Assembly (NCBI GenBank): GCA_963786955.1
Contig: CAWBAT010000005.1
Coordinates: 1,600,001 to 1,664,000 of the forward strand
From: an uncultured Acidimicrobiia bacterium
GTDB taxonomy: Bacteria > Acidobacteriota > Terriglobia > Versatilivoradales > Versatilivoraceae
DNA: 64,000 bases
Reading direction: 5' to 3'
Shown piece by piece: positions 40,946 through 51,947 of this stretch. The position numbers and the translations under genes are program-made. The notes under the pieces were generated by a model. That model was not told the origin of the DNA. It did no database searches and saw only the letters and a list, made by a program, of their open reading frames with translations. How positions within the stretch are numbered: the first letter of the stretch is position 1; each line of letters opens with the position of its first letter.

Positions 40946-41746
40946 TCAATATTTACTCACCGTGGGGCGATACGGCTGCTCAGCTCCTTGCAGCCAATAG
41001 GCCGACCGCTTATAGTGGTCCCAAAGCCTGTACTCGTACTCGCGAGTGACGGGCATAGAGTCAATATATTCCGGCCCGTTCTTGATGGCTTCCCGGGAGA
41101 GGTCGACGTAGACTTTGGAATCCGCCCAACTCACGCCATCGATCCAGTGGGGTGAGATCAGCACCTTTTTCCCAGGCCACCAATTTCGCGTATTTACCTC
41201 GATGTATTGGATGGCCCAAGTGTGATGGTCGACGATGAAATTCTCCACGTGACCAATCTCGCCGTCAGTCGCATCAATGTGATAGCCGGTCACCTCTTTG
41301 GTGCTGCGCAGATGCGAATCCGCCGGCTCTGTTTCCACCCTGGATACCGACGCTTCCGCCTCAGCGGACCTTTGCATAGCCAAGCCTGCCGGGTCGGATA
41401 TAGAACCCCAAAGAAAAGGTCCACTCCAATAAAAGGGGTAACCGTAATACCCCAAGTATTCGGCCTCGTGTTGCCGGGAGACGGGCTTGTGTGTGTCGAT
41501 GTCGGGGCTGCCCTCAACCTGCTTTTTCGTCAGTGCCACCTCAAGTTGTTTTGATTCCCAGTCCTTCTGGCCGACGGCGATAGGCGAGATAAGCACTAAC
41601 CGGCCCGCCAACCAACTGCCGGTGTTGACCACGAGGTAGCGGATGGCCCAGCTCTCATCGTCGAAATAAAATTGATCCACCTTCCCAATCTCCCCATCCA
41701 TGGCTCGGAGCGTAAATTCTTGCAGATGAGTGACACTTCTTAACAT
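40946..41746 (-). CDS. PRC-barrel domain protein (two barrels)
   Basis: DGEIGKVDQFYFDDESWAIRYLVV; NWWPGKKVLISP; GGAGG RBS before ATG at 41746. Confidence 0.92.
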   Translation of the reverse strand: MLRSVTHLQEFTLRAMDGEIGKVDQFYFDDESWAIRYLVVNTGSWLAGRLVLISPIAVGQKDWESKQLEVALTKKQVEGSPDIDTHKPVSRQHEAEYLGYYGYPFYWSGPFLWGSISDPAGLAMQRSAEAEASVSRVETEPADSHLRSTKEVTGYHIDATDGEIGHVENFIVDHHTWAIQYIEVNTRNWWPGKKVLISPHWIDGVSWADSKVYVDLSREAIKNGPEYIDSMPVTREYEYRLWDHYKRSAYWLQGAEQPYRPTVSKY

Positions 41747-41938
41747 CGTCTTATCCTCCTTGGCATTTGGTAAGGCATTTGGTGATGGGCACGAACTCGC
41801 CTCAACCCCATTCGTTTGGGGGTCGAGGCGCCTTTCTTTCTGACTCCCTTTTCTTGAGCGAATAGATGACTCCTCCCCGCTTATTTTCCGCCCCCAGAAA
41901 CCGGATTCCGTCCCCCTAGCAGCTGCAACCACAATGTC

Positions 41939-42004
41939 ATGATACCCGTGGAGTAATTCTCGTGTCAGTGCGATATGGAACACACGTCTGGTCAAAATTG
42001 CTCA
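41939..42004 (-). promoter_or_regulatory. Tandem-box regulon promoter, copy 9
   Basis: Boxes 41989-42004 and 41967-41982 (degenerate); CTGACA-18bp-TATCAT. Confidence 0.8.
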
Positions 42005-42019
42005 TCCCCAATACAGTCA

Positions 42020-42217
42020 TAACGAACGTTTTTTCAGGAGGATGAGAATCAGCAGACCAAGCCCAGTTCGCCGCTCGGAGAGTCCTCCCACCTGCCGCCG
42101 GTCAGTCGGTTTCCACTCTCGCGCTCTGTCGAATATTACTTGTTACGGGTGGTGCGCTCATAAATCAGTCCTGCCATGCTTCCGGAGGTCACCCCCATGC
42201 CAGCGCCCTTCTGTCCC
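42020..42217 (-). pseudogene. Glycine-zipper 3' end plus DUF3309-like relic, copy B
   Basis: QKGAGMGVTSGSMAGLIYERTTRNK*, then RWEDSPSGELGLV. Confidence 0.65.
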
Positions 42218-42527
42218 ATTCGACCCTCGGAAGGGGACCGTGCTACAGTGAGTTTGAAAACCGAGATGATCAATCTGTCTTCTGGACGAGCACCGCACCG
42301 AAGACCATGACTGTTTGGGCACATAACTTGCTGAGCAGGATTAGATTAAAGTTTAAGCTGCCCGACGTTCGTACCGATGAAGGAAGCACCCGAGCAAGGA
42401 CTGTTGTAGTCAAAACAAATTCTGGTACGATTAACAACAGAAGACCCGTTAAAGAATCATTTCCAAATTCGAACCCTCGCTGAACTCCACCAGTCCAAAC
42501 ATGTCTTCCCCCCCTCGCAAACTTGAG

Positions 42528-42592
42528 TGAGCAATTTTGACCTAACAAGTGAGCCGAACTGAACTGACACGCGCTTCGCCCTCGGATATAAA
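42528..42592 (+). promoter_or_regulatory. Tandem-box regulon promoter, copy 10
   Basis: TGAGCAATTTTGACCT-N6-TGAGCCGAACTGAACT; CTGACA-17bp-TATAAA. Confidence 0.87.
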
Positions 42593-42804
42593 GATTGTCT
42601 ATGCTCGATCTTTGCCACCATCCGCTCGGCTATCTTCTAGCTCGTGGCTTGATACAGAAACCCCTTGTACTTAAAACCAAGAGGTTATTGAACAGGACAG
42701 CCGATGGTGGGATTACTACCCAATCGGCGGGCTGGGCTTAATCCTGGCGATTCTGGTCGCGCAGCTGTGATTGGGTCGGCTTTAAGGCCATAGGGAGGCT
42801 ATTC

Positions 42805-44016
42805 TTGGACTCTCCGACACTACTGAACGCAAGCAGTGATCCTGAGCAACGGTGGCTGAAACAGATTGCGACGTTCTTGGGCCTTATCTTTGGGACGATT
42901 GTTCTCACGTTTTGTTTTTTTGCCAGTTCGCTCTGCATCACCATAGTCCTGTCGGCATTTCTTGCAATCCTGGTTGACCCACTGGTTGTTCGAGTAGCAA
43001 AGATCGGCCTGGGACGGGTTCTGGCCTCAGGATTAGTGGTATTGTGTTTCATGCTTCTCGCAGGGACCTTGACTTATGTTCTCTATACTAGGGCATCTGC
43101 TTTTGCAGAAGAGTTTCCCAGCTACAAATCCCAAATTCAACGGGCCTTGGCGCCCCTCGTCAGCAAATTCGAGCGTTTTGAGCAAAACGCAGAGTCCATT
43201 GCACCACTAGTACAAGGCTCGAAACACGTGACGGAAGTCACGGTTAGAGAAGCACCGACGAACTGGCCGAGTTTTCTAGTCCGAGGCGTCGGATCGATAT
43301 CCGGTGTCCTGATCATGGGCGGGGTACTGCCCTTCTTGGTGTTTTTCATGTTGGTCTGAAAAGATCAGATGAGTATTCGCCTCGTCAACATGTTCGAAGG
43401 CAGAATCGATGTTCCCAAGTTTGTCAGTAATCTTGGTGATATGATCCGCGGATTTGTGATGGGGAATCTTATTGTTGGATCCATTATGGCCGTAGGTACG
43501 TCAGTGGTTTTTTGGGTTCTCGGAATGAAGGGAGCTGTGACCTTGGGGATCGTGAGCGCGTTTCTGAATCTGATTCCCTTTCTCGGTCTCCTGCTAGCCA
43601 CCGCAGTTCCATTGGCGGCGGCTCTCCTGCAGTTTAACACCCTCGGTCCCTTCCTCACCATTGCGATCACGGTCCTTCTTTTTCATTTGATCGCCGCGAA
43701 CTTCTTGATTCCCAAATTGATCGGCTCGCGTCTTCTGGTCGGACCTGTGGCAGTAACCATTGGCATGCTGTTTTGGGGCTGGCTGTGGGGGATCATGGGA
43801 TTATTGTTGGCCGTTCCGCTTACGGCCTTCGTCAAGCTGATTGCCGATTCGCGCCCTTCGCTCATTCATCTCTCAAACCTCCTAACAGAAGATCCTCGTC
43901 CCATTTCACGATGGGCACGCTTCGGTGAAAACACGATACAGAGGGTAAAGCCTTATTTGAAGAGGAGAACCTCTCAAAAACCGAGCGGCGATCCACCGCA
44001 TTCGATAAGCGCTTGA
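42805..44016 (+). CDS. AI-2E family transporter with one in-frame TGA (43357-43359)
   Basis: Two same-frame ORFs; AFLAILVDP, NLIPFLG and FWGWLWGIMGLLLAVPL motifs. Confidence 0.85.
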
Positions 44017-45129
44017 ATTGAAAGCGTCCCTGTGTGACTCTGGCCCCCTTCACTCATTTCAAAAACTTCTATTATCCGTCCTTCCCGAATGACCTCGCCA
44101 TAATTTCCGGCACTTCTTTTAGCATGCGCAGTGCCCGCCAAATTAACTTCCCCAACGACGCTCAGCATGGAACAATCGCCAATGGCTTTCGCTACTTTTC
44201 GGCCAGGCAAAACACCCTGCCCAACCCGCACAGTCGGCCAGGATGCTGCGCCCGATACCTTTGCCACGCGCTGGATCACCCCGGAATCAACCGTCAGCCC
44301 TGTCCGCGAGATGGTCTGGAAGTAAAGCTCATCGCCGGCTATTTCGACGAGCATGAATGAACGGTCCTGGTCGTACCCGGCCGCGGTCAGGTCCGTCTTC
44401 CTCAGGTTGCCCTTTCGCAACTCGCCTGAAGCTCCTTCGGTGAAATAGTAGATGCCATTTTGCGGCTTCACCCGCTCATAAACGTGCTCGTGTCCGGCGA
44501 AGACGACCTGCACCCCGTATTTTACGAACAGGGGTTCCAGCAGAAGGCGGAGTTCGGTCGAAGAGCCATGGAAGGCCCCGGAAGAATAGAGCGGGTGATG
44601 GAAATAGCAGATTTTCCAATCCGACCCTGAGTTCTGCAGTTCTTTCTCCAGCCACGAGAGCTGCTGCGGGTTCATGTAATTGCTGTCCAGGGCGAAGAAG
44701 CGGACGTTGCTTTTCTTGTACGTGTAATATTTCTGCCCGTTCATGTTGAAAGACTTATAGAACCGCTCGTTGGGGCTGTCGTGGTTGCCGAGCACTGCGT
44801 AGAATTTTACGCCCGCATCGAGCAAGAGCTTGTAGGGCCGCTCGAACTTGCTTTCGTAATCGCTCGGGTTGCTCCCGCCATAGATGTTGTCGCCCAGCGC
44901 AATCACGAACTCAAAGGGAAATTTCAGGTGATACCTTAATCATCTGCCCGGCCACTTCATATTGCGGCTTCTCTCCCGTCCCCATGTCGCCGATGGCCGC
45001 AAAGCGCACCGAGTCCGTTTTCAGCGGCAGGGTCAGCTCCTGGGCGTAGAGCGACAGGCTTATTGCGGCGAGAGCAACACAGGTGACGAAGACGAAGCGG
45101 CGCATAGCAGGCATAATAGAAACCCTCAA
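43974..45129 (-). CDS. Exported calcineurin-like metallophosphoesterase (frameshift near 44930)
   Basis: AIGDMG, LGDNIY, LGNHD, FHHP and AGHEH motifs; signal peptide. Confidence 0.92.
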
Positions 45130-45711
45130 GGAATGGCGTTCGGGATGAGATCCACAATCAAACGGGCTTCGGTGTCCTGCAACGTCAGGTCACGCCCGAC
45201 GATCCGATACGTCAGCTCCGGGGGCAGTTCAGGCAGCTTGAGCAATAAAGTCGGCGGCGTGGTCGTCACCGGCATCTCTTCCGGGATCACGTCGTTCACA
45301 TGCAGAGCGATGACCTTGAACGGGGCGTCCTGCTGGATTGTCTGGCGCGCAAGCCGGCCTTCGGGTCCGTGAAATGCACTGCGGATGATTTTGCGGAACT
45401 GCTCAGTCACCTCGTGAGTGAAGATGTCACCCTGACGTGCGTCGCGTCGCGCGTCGACAATTTTCCTGGCCAGCGCGTGCTGGTGTTCGACAATCTCGCG
45501 CCGCGTCCTTCGTAGGCTTCAGGGCCGGCAGCGAAGCTTCCAGGTTCTTTTGCATCTTGACGTATGCCTGGACGCGGTCGGTAAAGATCTTGAAGTCGCG
45601 CGCCTCCTCACTGTCCTGCGGCGTCTGCGCCTGGCCCGCAAAGCCTGGCGTCACACACGGAAAAAGAGAAAGACACAGGAGAAGGCGGGTGACCCGGATT
45701 TGGCTCTTCAT
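45126..45711 (-). CDS. Exported conserved hypothetical protein (frameshifted)
   Basis: Signal peptide; FTDRVQAYV...; TTPPTLLLKLPELPPELTYRIVGRDLTLQD. Confidence 0.7.
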
Positions 45712-45940
45712 AGATTCTCCCGGACAGAAAGTTAGGACTGCCGCGACTGCAGAACTGCGGGCTCCGGCTGGCGAGCCTTCACTGTGGCGTTTGCTGTCCC
45801 TGGCGTGAATATTGGATGAGTGCGCGGGGGAAGTCGCAACCAGGCTTCACATTCATCATAACCGCTCGTGCGAACATGTCGCTCCCCCGACATTCGCCTC
45901 CCACAAGATCCCAGCTGGACAGTTCGATGGCACACTTCTT

Positions 45941-46006
45941 ATTATCCACGGGGGGTAATTCGCGTGTAAGTTCAGTATTGCTCAAACGTGTGGTCAATAT
46001 TGCTCA
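45941..46006 (-). promoter_or_regulatory. Tandem-box regulon promoter, copy 11
   Basis: Boxes 45991-46006 and 45969-45984; CTTACA-18bp-GATAAT. Confidence 0.85.
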
Positions 46007-46075
46007 TACCAATTCATGAGGGGGGAACTATCGTATATGGTCGGTCCCGAGTTGGTGATGGATGCTTCGCAGGGG

Positions 46076-47155
46076 CTAAGACTCCTCCAGGGATTCTTTC
46101 ACCATTTCTTCGACACGTTCCCTGACCGCTTCCTTCACCGCTTCCTTGACCGTCTCTTTCATTTCTTGCATATTCAGACTCGCGCTCCCGGCTTCTGACG
46201 CCACCTCTTTGAGCGCTTCTTTCACGATGGGGTTCAGTGGCGACAGCTCCTTGACCAGCGCTTTCACGTCCTTCTTGCGACTTTGGGTTTGGCTTCGGAC
46301 TGCTGGTTCTCTTGGACTCGCGCTCATCGCCCAATCCGTTTCAAAAGTTTTAATCAAACCGTTCACCACTTCCGGTTCACGAACAATAACACCGACTTCG
46401 CGGCGCGAATCCAGTTCGGCCATGCGCAGGCTCTGGCTGCCCACAAAGGCCTGATCGCGGTCACGGATGATCGTGCGCGTGTGCAAGCGCAGCTTGGCGA
46501 GATTCCGGACTTCCAGACCAGGGTTTTCCTTGCTTATGCGGCCGATGACTTTGATCTCCACCCCCGCCTTCGACCCTCTCGCTAAGGGCGCGCAGCATTT
46601 CCGGGTCGGCGATCATGGGGTCGTAGATGAGCAACTCCTTCTTGGCCTGGCTGATAAACGCGGCGAGCAGTTTACGGGCGTTGACGGGGCTGACAACAAA
46701 AGTATCCAGTGAGGGTGTATAGGGGTTCCGCGTGGTATCAGCCTCAAATAACTTCACCGCTTCTTGGACGAACCTGGCGTTCCTGGTGACGATGCCGAAG
46801 CCGCGACTATGGTCGATATCAAGGTGGGTGAAGTTGAAGGACAGGACGTAGAGCAGCGACGGTCGATAATCATCAGCTTGTCGTGATAGCGCACCAGATC
46901 GTCAGCGGTCCGCGAAACGGCGACGCCCACTTCGAGCAGACGCATCTCGAGCTTGCGCAGGTTTATCTCGCCGCCCCGGTTGGTGTAGGCAATCAACGCG
47001 CTCACCGAAACGCCGCGGCCGACCGCAGCCTTCAGCTCCGCCTCAATCTCGGCGCGGTCGAAACGGAAGATCACGATCTCGATGCTTTTCTTGGCGTTTC
47101 TGATTCCCGAAAGCAGCGCCGCGATTCCGTCGTCAGGTTGGATTAAAAGTTTCAC
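46076..47155 (-). CDS. Phospholipase D-like (HKD) protein, two frameshifts
   Basis: YHDKLMIID and a degenerate LHTRTIIRD; FVGSQSL...RREVG. Confidence 0.85.
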
Positions 47156-47505
47156 GGGCGTTTCACCAAGTGGTCAGGACGAGTTTTCGGGACCGGAAGG
47201 TGTTGCGATAGTCTCGGCGGGCGCTGAAAGGGCCCCCAGCCGCGAGGCGCGGCCAAACAAGCCAAAACCGCCATCCTCTTTCTTCGACTGATGCTAGAGT
47301 CTTTAAATTTGCAAGTCAAGGAAGAGTCAAAGGAACGGGTCAAAAGCATTAGGGGGGCTCATCGTCGACGATGTGCACCGATCTCGCTTCTTCCTCGTGC
47401 TTTTAGTTCGCCTCTCTAAGACTCTGTGCATGACCCGCTATCAATCTCGGACACTTCGCACCTTCCACTCATGTCCCCAAGATAGTTCTTCCTCATGGAT
47501 GGGTA

Positions 47506-47571
47506 TGAGCAATTTTGATCAGGTGTGTGAGCAATACTGGGCTGACACGCGAACTATCGCTGCGGTATAAG
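47506..47571 (+). promoter_or_regulatory. Tandem-box regulon promoter, copy 12
   Basis: TGAGCAATTTTGATCA-N6-TGAGCAATACTGGGCT; CTGACA-18bp-TATAAG. Confidence 0.86.
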
Positions 47572-47708
47572 AGAGTTTGGCTGGCATTGCCAGCCCAAAT
47601 AATGGCGACGCGCTTTGCCCTATCTTGACCCAAGATTGACCAGATTGCTGCTCGCGACGGCTGTGCGGAAAAACAAGGAATCGGACTTCGCTTTTGTGAG
47701 GAGGGACC

Positions 47709-48623
47709 ATGCGAAATTACAAGAGAATTTTCTCCATCATTCTTGCTCTTTTTCTGGCGTTGCCCGTCTTTGCTCAGCAGGCTAAGACCACTGTCGCGCT
47801 TTGGCGCGACCGGGGCGACGTTGCGGCATTGGACCTCCTGGGCGGGCCGGGAGGGAAAGAACACCAGCCGGGGACCAAGTTCAAATTCATCGAGGAATCT
47901 AAGAGCGGAACTGCTCCCAAGTTTGATGTCGAAGATGAAAACGGTGCCAAGTGGAAGGTGAAACTCGGCCCCGAGGTGAAGTCGGAAACTGCTGCAACGC
48001 GCCTCGTGTGGGCTGCGGGTTACTTTGCCGACGAGGACTACTACCGGCCGCAAATCCGCGTGCAAGGAATGAAACGGCTCTCCCGCGGTCAGAAGTACGT
48101 CTCAGACGGTGGCCTTGTCCGCGAGGTGCGTTTGGAGCGCCAAGGCGGCGGGAAGAAATTGAAGAACTGGAGCTGGTACGAAAACCCCTTTGCCGGCACG
48201 CGCGAATTCAACGGCCTTCGAGTGATGATGGCGCTGATCAACAATTGGGACATGAAGGAAATCAACAACGAGATCCTCGATGTGAATGGCGAGTCCCGTT
48301 ATGAGGTGGCCGACCTGGGCGCCAGTTTCGGGCGCACTGGCAATCTCATCGGCCGCAGCAAGGCCGTGATGAAGGACTACGCGGAAACCAAGTTTATCGA
48401 AAAGGTCACGCCCGAATACGTGGACTTCGTCTTTCATACGAAGATGGAGAGTGTGGGCAAGAACATTCCAATCGCCGACGCACGCTGGCTCGGCAACCGG
48501 CTCGGCCAGTTTTCCGCTGAACAGATCGGCGACTGCTTTCGCGCTGCCGGCTTCTCGCCCGCCGAGGTCGAGGGCTATACCAGGGTCGTGATGCAGCGCA
48601 TCGAGGCGCTGAAGAAGCTATAG
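47709..48623 (+). CDS. Exported hypothetical protein with putative atypical kinase-like motifs
   Basis: Signal peptide, GAGGAGG RBS; WKVK, SE, NWDMKEINN and ADLGASFG motifs. Confidence 0.75.
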   Translation: MRNYKRIFSIILALFLALPVFAQQAKTTVALWRDRGDVAALDLLGGPGGKEHQPGTKFKFIEESKSGTAPKFDVEDENGAKWKVKLGPEVKSETAATRLVWAAGYFADEDYYRPQIRVQGMKRLSRGQKYVSDGGLVREVRLERQGGGKKLKNWSWYENPFAGTREFNGLRVMMALINNWDMKEINNEILDVNGESRYEVADLGASFGRTGNLIGRSKAVMKDYAETKFIEKVTPEYVDFVFHTKMESVGKNIPIADARWLGNRLGQFSAEQIGDCFRAAGFSPAEVEGYTRVVMQRIEALKKL

Positions 48624-48848
48624 CCGCCCCGCCCGCCGCTGAGTGAATTCTATGTCTTGGGCCCAGTATGTGCCGGCCGTTCTTATGGCCTCTCACCCTT
48701 GGGTGTCGTCCCCCATCCACGACACAGAAAACAAGGGAAAAACCTTGCGGGCAGCATTCTATGGGTGCTCCGGCGGGATCTGGCCGCCATCGCTGCGCAC
48801 AGTCTACTTTACGGTCCGGGGTGAATAGGTTATCGTCGGAGCCGTCGG

Positions 48849-50679
48849 CTAGGTTTTTCGCGTGTCCGCCGCTTGGGGATCTTCCTTGCGAAACTGGATG
48901 TCGTAGAGCTCCGAATAGAGGCCGCCTGCCGCCAGCAGTTCGTCGTGGGTGCCACGCTCGACGAGAGTATTGTCTTTCACCACAAAGATGATTTTGGCGC
49001 GCCGGATCGTCGCCAGGTGGTGCGCGATGACGATGGAGGTCCTGCCTTTCATCAAACGGTCCAGGGCTTCGAACACGGCTTGCTCGGACGCTGCATCCAG
49101 TCCTGATGTGGGCTCGTCCAGAACCAGAATGGGAGTATTGCGGATCACGGCCCGCGCGATGGCGATGCGCTGGCGCTGGCCCCCGGAAAGCGTCACGCCG
49201 CGCTCGCCGACCATCGTGTCGTAGCCCTCGGGCATCTTCTCGATGAACTCGTGGGCGTTGGCCAGTTTTGCGGCCTGGATAATCTCCGCGCGGTTGGCTT
49301 CCGGGCGGCCATAGGCGATGTTCTGCCAGATGGGTGCGTGGAACAGAAGCGTCTCCTGCAGAACAAAACTAATCTGCTGGCGAAGCGATTTCATCGTGTA
49401 GTTGCGGATATTTGTCCCGTCGATTTTGACTTCCCCGGAGAGGGGATCGTAGAAGCGCGCAACCAGGCTGATGATCGTCGACTTGCCGCCCCCCGTCGGG
49501 CCGACGAATGCCGCGACCTGGCCCGGCTCGATCTCGAAGCTGACATCTTTCAGGATCAATTGGTCTGGGTTGTACCCAAACGAGACTTTATCAAATTCGA
49601 TTTTGCCCTTGAAGCGCGGGGCGCGGCGCGCGCCTGGCAGGTCACGCATCCCGCTCTCGGTCTCCAGAACTTCGCGGATCCGCTCGAATCCCACCGCGGC
49701 CTTTGAGACCGTGTCCGTCATTTTGGAAAGGTCACGCATGGGCTTATACATCTTGCCCAGGTAGAGCAAAAAGACGACCAGCGCGCCAGCGGTGAGTTGG
49801 CCCGCCAGCACCAGGCGCGCGCCATAACCGAGCATCAAGCAGGTCCCGGTCGCCACGATAATCTCGACGATGGGCGAGAGCTTCATCTTGATGCTTCGCG
49901 CCAGCAGGGCCATCTCGACATTCTCCAGGCTCTGGCGCTCGAAGCGGCGCTCCTCGTAGTCCTCGCGGGCAAAGGCCTTGACCACGCGGATCGAGGAGAA
50001 AACTTCTTCGACAATCGAAACCAGCTCGCTCTCTTTCTTTCTTACGTCGCGCGAGGCTTTCTTGATGCGCCGGGTGAAGAAGTAAACTACCAGGAAGAGC
50101 ACGGGCGCAATGGAGAGCGAGATGAGCGTGAAACGCCAGTTCAGGTAAAGCATGACCCCGATGATCCCCAGCAGGGTGAGGACATTGGTCAAGATGCCCA
50201 ACAGCGCCGTGGTGATAAAGTCCTGAATGGCTTCGATGTCGCTCGTCACCCGGCCGATGAGGTCGCCGGTCCTTTTCTCGTCGTGCTCGGCCAGCGACAG
50301 GCGGTGGATGTGGTGATAGAGCGTGCGCCGCAGGTCGTGCATGACCCATTGGCCGACGCTGGTGGTGAGGTATTTCTCCAGGTAGGAGCTGAGTGCGCCG
50401 ACGACGGCGATGACCGCCACCGCCAGCACCGCGAAGTTGAGGACGGCCAGCTTGTCCTGCCCCATCCAGCCGACCATTCCGCTCATCCAGCCGGGCGGAG
50501 CGTTTGGACTGAAGCAGGTAATCGAGAACGATCTTTAGAGGCCAAGGTTCGAGCAGGTCGGTTGCGGCTTCGCCCGCAACCGCCAGCAAGGCCAGCGTCA
50601 GGGCTTTCCAGTGGGGCCGTAAAAGGTCGATGATGCTGAGACCTTTAGGCTTCTTGGCTGCAGGCGGCGTCATCGTCAT
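48849..50679 (-). CDS. ABC exporter, fused permease/ATPase (MsbA-like), frameshift near 50495
   Basis: Multi-TM membrane domain; GPTGGGKS, LSGGQRQR and LVLDEPT motifs. Confidence 0.93.
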
Positions 50680-50827
50680 TCAACCTTTTGGATATGGATC
50701 CGCTTGGCGACGCAATGGTGAATTTCATAAGCGGAGTAGGATGGTTCAGTTCATCGACACCCATCGGCAAGTATAGCAAACTCCGGAGATCCAGGCCGGT
50801 TAGAATCGGGCTTGGCATGACGTTGGC

Positions 50828-51124
50828 TGTTCCTACCGAGAACTTCATCCAGCACAATCATATGATCGAGGCACTCCCTTTGGATGGATTCGATCAACTG
50901 CCGGATTTCCGCTCCCACATTTGGGCGTCCTGCCGGCTTGGCTCCCGACTTCCAACGGCCCGTTAGGCTCGGCTTACTATCAATCCACGACCGAACACGA
51001 GGATCATCTTGTGGCAAGGCATTTAGCCTCCGCACAAGACGGGATTCGATCTCGGAGGATTCTGGGAGAGATCTCAACCTGAACACAAGACCGAAGAGGC
51101 TGGATCAGGCTCTCGGTAGGGACA
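50828..51124. mobile_element. Internally deleted IS relic (rve integrase core) with TGT...ACA inverted ends
   Basis: TGTTCCTACCGAGAACTTCATCC / GGATCAGGCTCTCGGTAGGGACA; minus-strand LIESIQRECLDHMIVLDE. Confidence 0.75.
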
Positions 51125-51352
51125 CCCGCAAATTTAGCCCGCGTGGTTGTTGCCCCGAGTGCAATTGCCTTCTCAATGAGCAAACGGTCAAACTCATAGC
51201 GACTCAACCCGAATGCGCCATCGGGCAGCTGGCTTTGGGTGGAGCGGGTGCGAAAATACAGAATCGATTTTCTGATGGCTACCGGCCGGAGCCGAAGAAA
51301 CTCCTGCCAGATCCCCAGCAATTCCAGAAGTGGAGCAATCTCAGGCGAGAGG
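51125..51352 (-). pseudogene. Fragment of a second copy of the FAD oxidoreductase (cf. 1-738)
   Basis: LGIWQEFLRLRPV...LPDGAFGLSRYEFDRLLIEKAIALGATTTR; cut by the IS relic. Confidence 0.85.
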
Positions 51353-51621
51353 CCACGAATCTGCCAGGTCTCTTCCCGAGGAGACGACTGACAAGAATGT
51401 GGGCAACCTCGTGTTCAGTCGGGCTGGGCAGCTCTCGATCCCCGGTTCAAAACGCAGTTGTAAACCATCATCGTTTGGAGGCTAAAACCAAACGGATTCC
51501 TCACCATAGATGCAAATTTCCGAACCGAAAATGTATACATTAACGCATTGCTCTTCAATTTCTTGCAGAGATCTTCAAGCGCTTCAGCCACTTTCATCAA
51601 GTCTAAAACCAATTTCTTGTG

Positions 51622-51687
51622 AGAGCAATTTTGACCACACTCAGGTTCAATACTGAACAGACAAGCCAGTTCCAGCCGAGAGATAAT
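51622..51687 (+). promoter_or_regulatory. Tandem-box regulon promoter, copy 13 (degenerate)
   Basis: AGAGCAATTTTGACCA-N6-GGTTCAATACTGAACA; CAGACA-18bp-GATAAT. Confidence 0.72.
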
Positions 51688-51947
51688 CCCATTAGATTTT
51701 GATGGAGAAATTACTCGTTCTTCACGCTAAACGCCTCTGCCGAATATTGGGAACCGCACTGCTTTAGGCTCTCCTCCCAACTCTTTAAAACTGTGAGCGA
51801 GTTGGCCAGAAAATCGGTATCTGAGGTTGCGCAGGCAGCCAGATCTTGGCAATCGAGAAGAGAAACAAGAGGGACGAGAAACCTAGATGGAATCTTCCCT
51901 TCATCAATGCCCTAGAATTTAAAACGAAATAGTTAGGAACATGCCTT

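Noticed and set aside
43357-43359. In-frame TGA as selenocysteine or programmed readthrough
   Set aside because: Membrane transporter at a non-catalytic position with no evident SECIS hairpin; a nonsense mutation or base error is simpler
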